DNA of 64,000 nucleotides from Candidatus Sulfopaludibacter sp. SbA3 (GTDB lineage Bacteria; Cyanobacteriota; Cyanobacteriia; PCC-6307; Cyanobiaceae): NCBI GenBank assembly GCA_943367425.1, contig CALRJF020000011.1, positions 53,709 to 117,708 of the forward strand, read 5' to 3'. Shown piece by piece: positions 60,498 to 64,000 of this stretch (position 1 is its first letter; each line of letters starts with the position of its first letter). The notes under the pieces were generated by a model. It saw only the letters and a program-made list of their open reading frames with translations, ran no database searches and was not told where the DNA came from. The position numbers and the translations under genes were made by a program.

Positions 60498-61115
60498 GTG
60501 GGCACCAGCCTGATCTTCCACAAGCCCTATGGGGTGCTGAGCCAGTTCACCCCGGAGGCCGGCAGCCGCTGGGACACCCTGGCCACCTACATCGACCGCC
60601 CCGGGGTCTACGCCGCCGGCCGGCTCGACGCCGACAGTGAAGGCCTGCTGGTGCTCACCGACGACGGGCGCCTGCAGCAGCGGCTGACCGACCCGGCCCG
60701 GGGCCACTGGCGCCGCTATCTGGTGCAGGTGGAGGGGCAGGTGGCGGAAACCGCCCTGGAGCTCCTCCGGAAGGGGGTGGTGATCCAGGGCCGCCGCACC
60801 CTGCCCGCCCGGGCCCGGGCCCTGGAGGATCCAGGCCTGCCGGAGCGGGCACCGCCGATCCGGCGGCGCCTCACCATCCCCACCGCCTGGATCGAACTGG
60901 AGCTGCGCGAGGGACGCAATCGGCAGGTGCGGCGCATGACCGCGGCCGTGGGGCTGCCGACCCTGCGGCTGCTGCGCTCAGCCATCGATCTGATGGACGG
61001 CGGCCCACCCCTGAGCCTGACGGACCTGGCACCGGGGGCCTGGCGGGAGGTGACCGATGCCGAACAGCGCCGGCTGGCGGCCCTGCTCAGAGAAGGGCGT
61101 CCCTCAGCTCCCTGA
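60498..61115 (+). CDS. RsuA/RluE family pseudouridine synthase
   Basis: FHKPYGVLSQF, AGRLDADSEGLL, EGRNRQVRRMTAAVG. Confidence 0.95.
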   Translation: MGTSLIFHKPYGVLSQFTPEAGSRWDTLATYIDRPGVYAAGRLDADSEGLLVLTDDGRLQQRLTDPARGHWRRYLVQVEGQVAETALELLRKGVVIQGRRTLPARARALEDPGLPERAPPIRRRLTIPTAWIELELREGRNRQVRRMTAAVGLPTLRLLRSAIDLMDGGPPLSLTDLAPGAWREVTDAEQRRLAALLREGRPSAP

Positions 61116-61302
61116 CCGTCTGGAGCTGGCCGTAGTAGTAGTTGGCCCTGGCGCGCCTGTCGGGATCTTCGAGGGTGTCGAGGGCATCGAAGCCGAGGGA
61201 TTGCCACAGCTCGTGGCCGCAGGCCCGGGTGAGTTCCGCCGTGGCCTCCTCCTCCAGGTGACCCAGCCGTCGCTGCAGGTTCTTGATCTGGGAAATGGCC
61301 AT
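61087..61302 (-). CDS. small conserved-type hypothetical protein
   Basis: MAISQIKNLQRRL..DPDRRARANYYYGQLQTVREL. Confidence 0.75.
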   Translation of the reverse strand: MAISQIKNLQRRLGHLEEEATAELTRACGHELWQSLGFDALDTLEDPDRRARANYYYGQLQTVRELRDALL

Positions 61303-61348
61303 GGCGATGGGCACGCGCCAGCAATAGTACACACGAACTGGCAGCCGG

Positions 61349-62311
61349 TCAGAACGGCAGTTTCTTCTTGGCTTCCTTGTCGAGATCGGAATCCATCTCC
61401 CGCAGCCTGCGCAGGATCGTGTCGTAGTACTCCTTGAGATAGTCCTCCAGCCGGGTGGTCTCGCCCGGATCAAGGCCGAAGGCCGCATAGCTGGCCTCCA
61501 TCGGTGCGTCCAGGGGCTGACCACCCCCCACCACCTCGGCGAAGGCCAGGCGCTCGGCCACGTTCAGGCTGGCCTCGAAGAAGCCGGTGACCGCCTGCAT
61601 CATCCGCAGCAGCACGGGGGGCACCCGGAAGACGCGGGCCTCCTTGCCGCTGTAGCGCTCGCAGAGCTGGGTGATCTCCCCGGTGATCCAGGCCCGGGGG
61701 CCCACCACCGGGAAGGCCCTGCGAACCGTTTCGGGCCGCTCCAGGGCCGCCACGGCGAAACGGGCCACGTCCTGGGTGTTCATGTAGGCGATCGGTGTGG
61801 GAGCGCCGCTCACCCAGACCGTCTGCCCCTCCAGCACCGGAATGGCGAACTGGCTGATCAGGCCCTGCATGAAGCCCACGCAGCGCAGGATCGTGTAATC
61901 GAAGCTGGAGGCCTCCAGCCACTGCTCGGTGCAGGCCTTGATGTCCATCAGAGGCACGCTGCGGTGCTGCTCGGCCTTCAGCAGCGACACGAAGACCAGG
62001 CGGCCGAGCCCGGCGCGCTGGCAGGCGGCGAAGAGGTTCTGCTTGCCGCCCCAGTCGATGTCGTAGGCGCTGCCGGGGTCCGTGGCCCGGGCCGTGGCCG
62101 CATCGATCAAGGCCTCCTGGCCTTCGAGGGCGTAGTCGAGGCTGTCCGGTTCGAGCAGGTCACCACGGGTGAGTTCGCAGCCCCATTCCTGCAGAAAGGC
62201 GGCCTTGCGGGGGGAGCGCACCATGCAGCGCACCACGTGGCCGGCATCCAGTGCACGCCGGGCGACCTGACGACCGAGGGTTCCTGTTCCACCGATGACA
62301 AGAACCTTCAT
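61349..62311 (-). CDS. NmrA/Ycf39-like NAD(P)-binding protein
   Basis: VIGGTGTLGRQV, FLQEWGCEL, IAYMNTQDVARF, ends KKLPF. Confidence 0.92.
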   Translation of the reverse strand: MKVLVIGGTGTLGRQVARRALDAGHVVRCMVRSPRKAAFLQEWGCELTRGDLLEPDSLDYALEGQEALIDAATARATDPGSAYDIDWGGKQNLFAACQRAGLGRLVFVSLLKAEQHRSVPLMDIKACTEQWLEASSFDYTILRCVGFMQGLISQFAIPVLEGQTVWVSGAPTPIAYMNTQDVARFAVAALERPETVRRAFPVVGPRAWITGEITQLCERYSGKEARVFRVPPVLLRMMQAVTGFFEASLNVAERLAFAEVVGGGQPLDAPMEASYAAFGLDPGETTRLEDYLKEYYDTILRRLREMDSDLDKEAKKKLPF

Positions 62312-62388
62312 GGACCCTGCAATGGAAGCCGGCTGAGCCTAAAGGTGCATCAGACACCGTCGCGAATGCGACCGTCGGTCCCGGGAGT

Positions 62389-62487
62389 TCAGTCGCTGAG
62401 CAGACGCAGCAACAGGGCCCCACCGGCCAGCCCGAGGGGGATCAGCACCCAGAAGAGGGCGGCGGTGCCGAAGATTTCGCTGGCCAT
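62389..62487 (-). CDS. petM: cytochrome b6f subunit PetM
   Basis: [32 protein letters not shown]; not in the ORF track (32 aa). Confidence 0.93.
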   Translation of the reverse strand: MASEIFGTAALFWVLIPLGLAGGALLLRLLSD

Positions 62488-62515
62488 GGACCGGACGGCG
62501 GGGGGAACGGGGTAC

Positions 62516-63673
62516 CTATCTAGCAGCCGCACCGGCCGAAAGCCGACGGGCGGTGTCCAGGATCCGGGGCCAGGGGGCCTCGCTGCGCAGCTGGCCCGCC
62601 ATCACGCCGCTGGCCCCCGTGGCCCATCCCTGGGCCTTGAGGTCCTCCACCAGGGCCGCCAGGGGAGGGGGGCCCAGCCCCAGCTGGCGCGCGATCCCGT
62701 CCAGGGGCCAGCAGCGGGGCGTCGCCCCGGGATCGGCGGCGAGCCGCTCCAGCAGACGCTGCGACGCCCGCGCGACGCTTGCCCCGGCCCCCTGCCCGGC
62801 CTGGACCATTGCCTCCAGGGTGGGGCAATGCTGCAACGGGCCGATCCAGAGCGGTCCGGTGACCGCCAGGGGCGGCGGCGACCCGTCCGCCGCGGGCGGG
62901 CAGCTGCAGGGTCGCCAGCGACCGAGGCGCAGGAGGCTCTGCACCTGCTGGTCACCGCAGCCATGGCAATGGGCCACCAGGCCCAGATGCTGTTCCTCCA
63001 GGGCCGCCGGATGCCGCTCCAGCCGAACCGCGGTGCGGAAGGCGCGCCCCTCGCTGAAACTCAGCAGCGGCGTCAGGCCCCGCCCCATCGCCCAGGCACT
63101 GCGGGCCTGCAGGCCCAGCTGCAGCCGCAGGGCGATCTCCCAGCTGGCGGGATGGGCCCGGGCGGCGGCGCCGAAGCGGCGCAGGGCCGCCCGCCGGTCA
63201 TGGCCCGTGGCGGATCGGCCATCGGTGCTGGCGAGATAGAGGATGCCATCGAAGGCCACCGCCTCCAGGGCCAGGGGAACCAGCGCCGCGGGACAGCCGA
63301 AGGCGTCGAGATCCACCAGCTCGAAGCGTCGCCCCCGCACCAGGCACTCCCCCAGCAGCTGCTGGGCGGTGCGGGCCCCCAGCTGGCAGGTCACCGGGGC
63401 CGGCAGCTGGCGCAGGTTGCGCTCCAGCAGCGGAAGGCGGTCGGGATCGGCGTCATTGGCCCAGACCTCCACAGCCCCCGCCTCGAGGCCGTAGCGGAGC
63501 GCCCGGATGCCGCAGCCCGCCATCGCATCGAGCACCCGCAGGGGCGCCCGATCGGCCAGGGTCCGGGCCAGCAGGACACCAAGATCCCTGGCCGGTCGGG
63601 AGGCGGGGCGGAAAAAGCCTGCGCCGATCTCCAGGCGGGCTTCGCCTTCGCAATAGTGAAGGGACTCACTCAC
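62516..63673 (-). CDS. tRNA (guanine-N2,N2)-dimethyltransferase Trm1-like
   Basis: [42 protein letters not shown]. Confidence 0.9.
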   Translation of the reverse strand: MSESLHYCEGEARLEIGAGFFRPASRPARDLGVLLARTLADRAPLRVLDAMAGCGIRALRYGLEAGAVEVWANDADPDRLPLLERNLRQLPAPVTCQLGARTAQQLLGECLVRGRRFELVDLDAFGCPAALVPLALEAVAFDGILYLASTDGRSATGHDRRAALRRFGAAARAHPASWEIALRLQLGLQARSAWAMGRGLTPLLSFSEGRAFRTAVRLERHPAALEEQHLGLVAHCHGCGDQQVQSLLRLGRWRPCSCPPAADGSPPPLAVTGPLWIGPLQHCPTLEAMVQAGQGAGASVARASQRLLERLAADPGATPRCWPLDGIARQLGLGPPPLAALVEDLKAQGWATGASGVMAGQLRSEAPWPRILDTARRLSAGAAAR

Positions 63674-63683
63674 CCCTGGATCC

Positions 63684-64000
63684 TTGCCGCTGCCACTGGT
63701 GTCGTCCGCCGACCCCCAGCCTGCCCCGGGGCCGGCCGTGCCGTCCTACGGCGCCGAATGGGGGGAGCAGGCGCTGTGGCGCTGGCGGGGCCAGGAGTGC
63801 CACTGGCGCCGGCTGGGGGACAGCGGCCGACCGGCCCTGGTGCTTCTGCATGGTTTCGGAGCCGGCAGCGGCCACTGGCGCCACAACGCCGGTGCCCTGG
63901 CCGAGGCGGGCTGGTGCGTCTACGGCCTCGACCTGATCGGCTTCGGCGCCTCCAGCCAGCCGGGGCATCACCCGCGTCATCCCCTCGACAATCGCCTCTG
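63684..64000 (+). CDS. alpha/beta hydrolase (5' part, runs off the window)
   Basis: WRWRGQECHW, LVLLHGFGAGSGHWRHN, YGLDLIGFGASSQP. Start uncertain. Confidence 0.85.
   Translation, partial: MPLPLVSSADPQPAPGPAVPSYGAEWGEQALWRWRGQECHWRRLGDSGRPALVLLHGFGAGSGHWRHNAGALAEAGWCVYGLDLIGFGASSQPGHHPRHPLDNRL

Noticed and set aside
62516-63673. Archaeal/eukaryote-type Trm1 in a bacterium
   Set aside because: Trm1-like genes are already known in some bacteria, and this one sits in the core-gene block.

Overview
High-GC picocyanobacterial chromosome segment (Cyanobium/Synechococcus-like, inferred from petM, the NTRC-type thioredoxin reductase, Ycf39 and Uma2). Housekeeping genes lie at both ends: polA, rfbD, rfbB and cysS on the left; dxr, a ferredoxin, a hydrolase, pntBA, a helicase, trxB/NTRC, infA, a pseudouridine synthase, ycf39, petM and trm1 on the right. 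Between cysS (ends 6664) and dxr (starts about 50999) is a ~44 kb accessory cell-surface island. It holds many glycosyltransferases (GT2, GT4, GT9-, GT10-, GT32-, GT47- and GT-D-like), gmd followed by a heavily diverged fcl relic, an AT-rich cassette and a heme peroxidase fused to peptidoglycan-binding domains. It also holds a Hint-domain gene heading a two-glycosyltransferase operon, a patatin, a toxin-antitoxin/Uma2 cluster, and a PPIase-HlyB-HlyD type I secretion locus with a Ser/Thr-rich RTX-like candidate cargo. The best candidates for undescribed biology are the Hint + GT operon, an unnamed ~90-aa domain present both alone and fused to a GT, and T1SS-coupled glycoprotein export. All family assignments come from motif recognition by eye; no searches were run, and start codons are best estimates.
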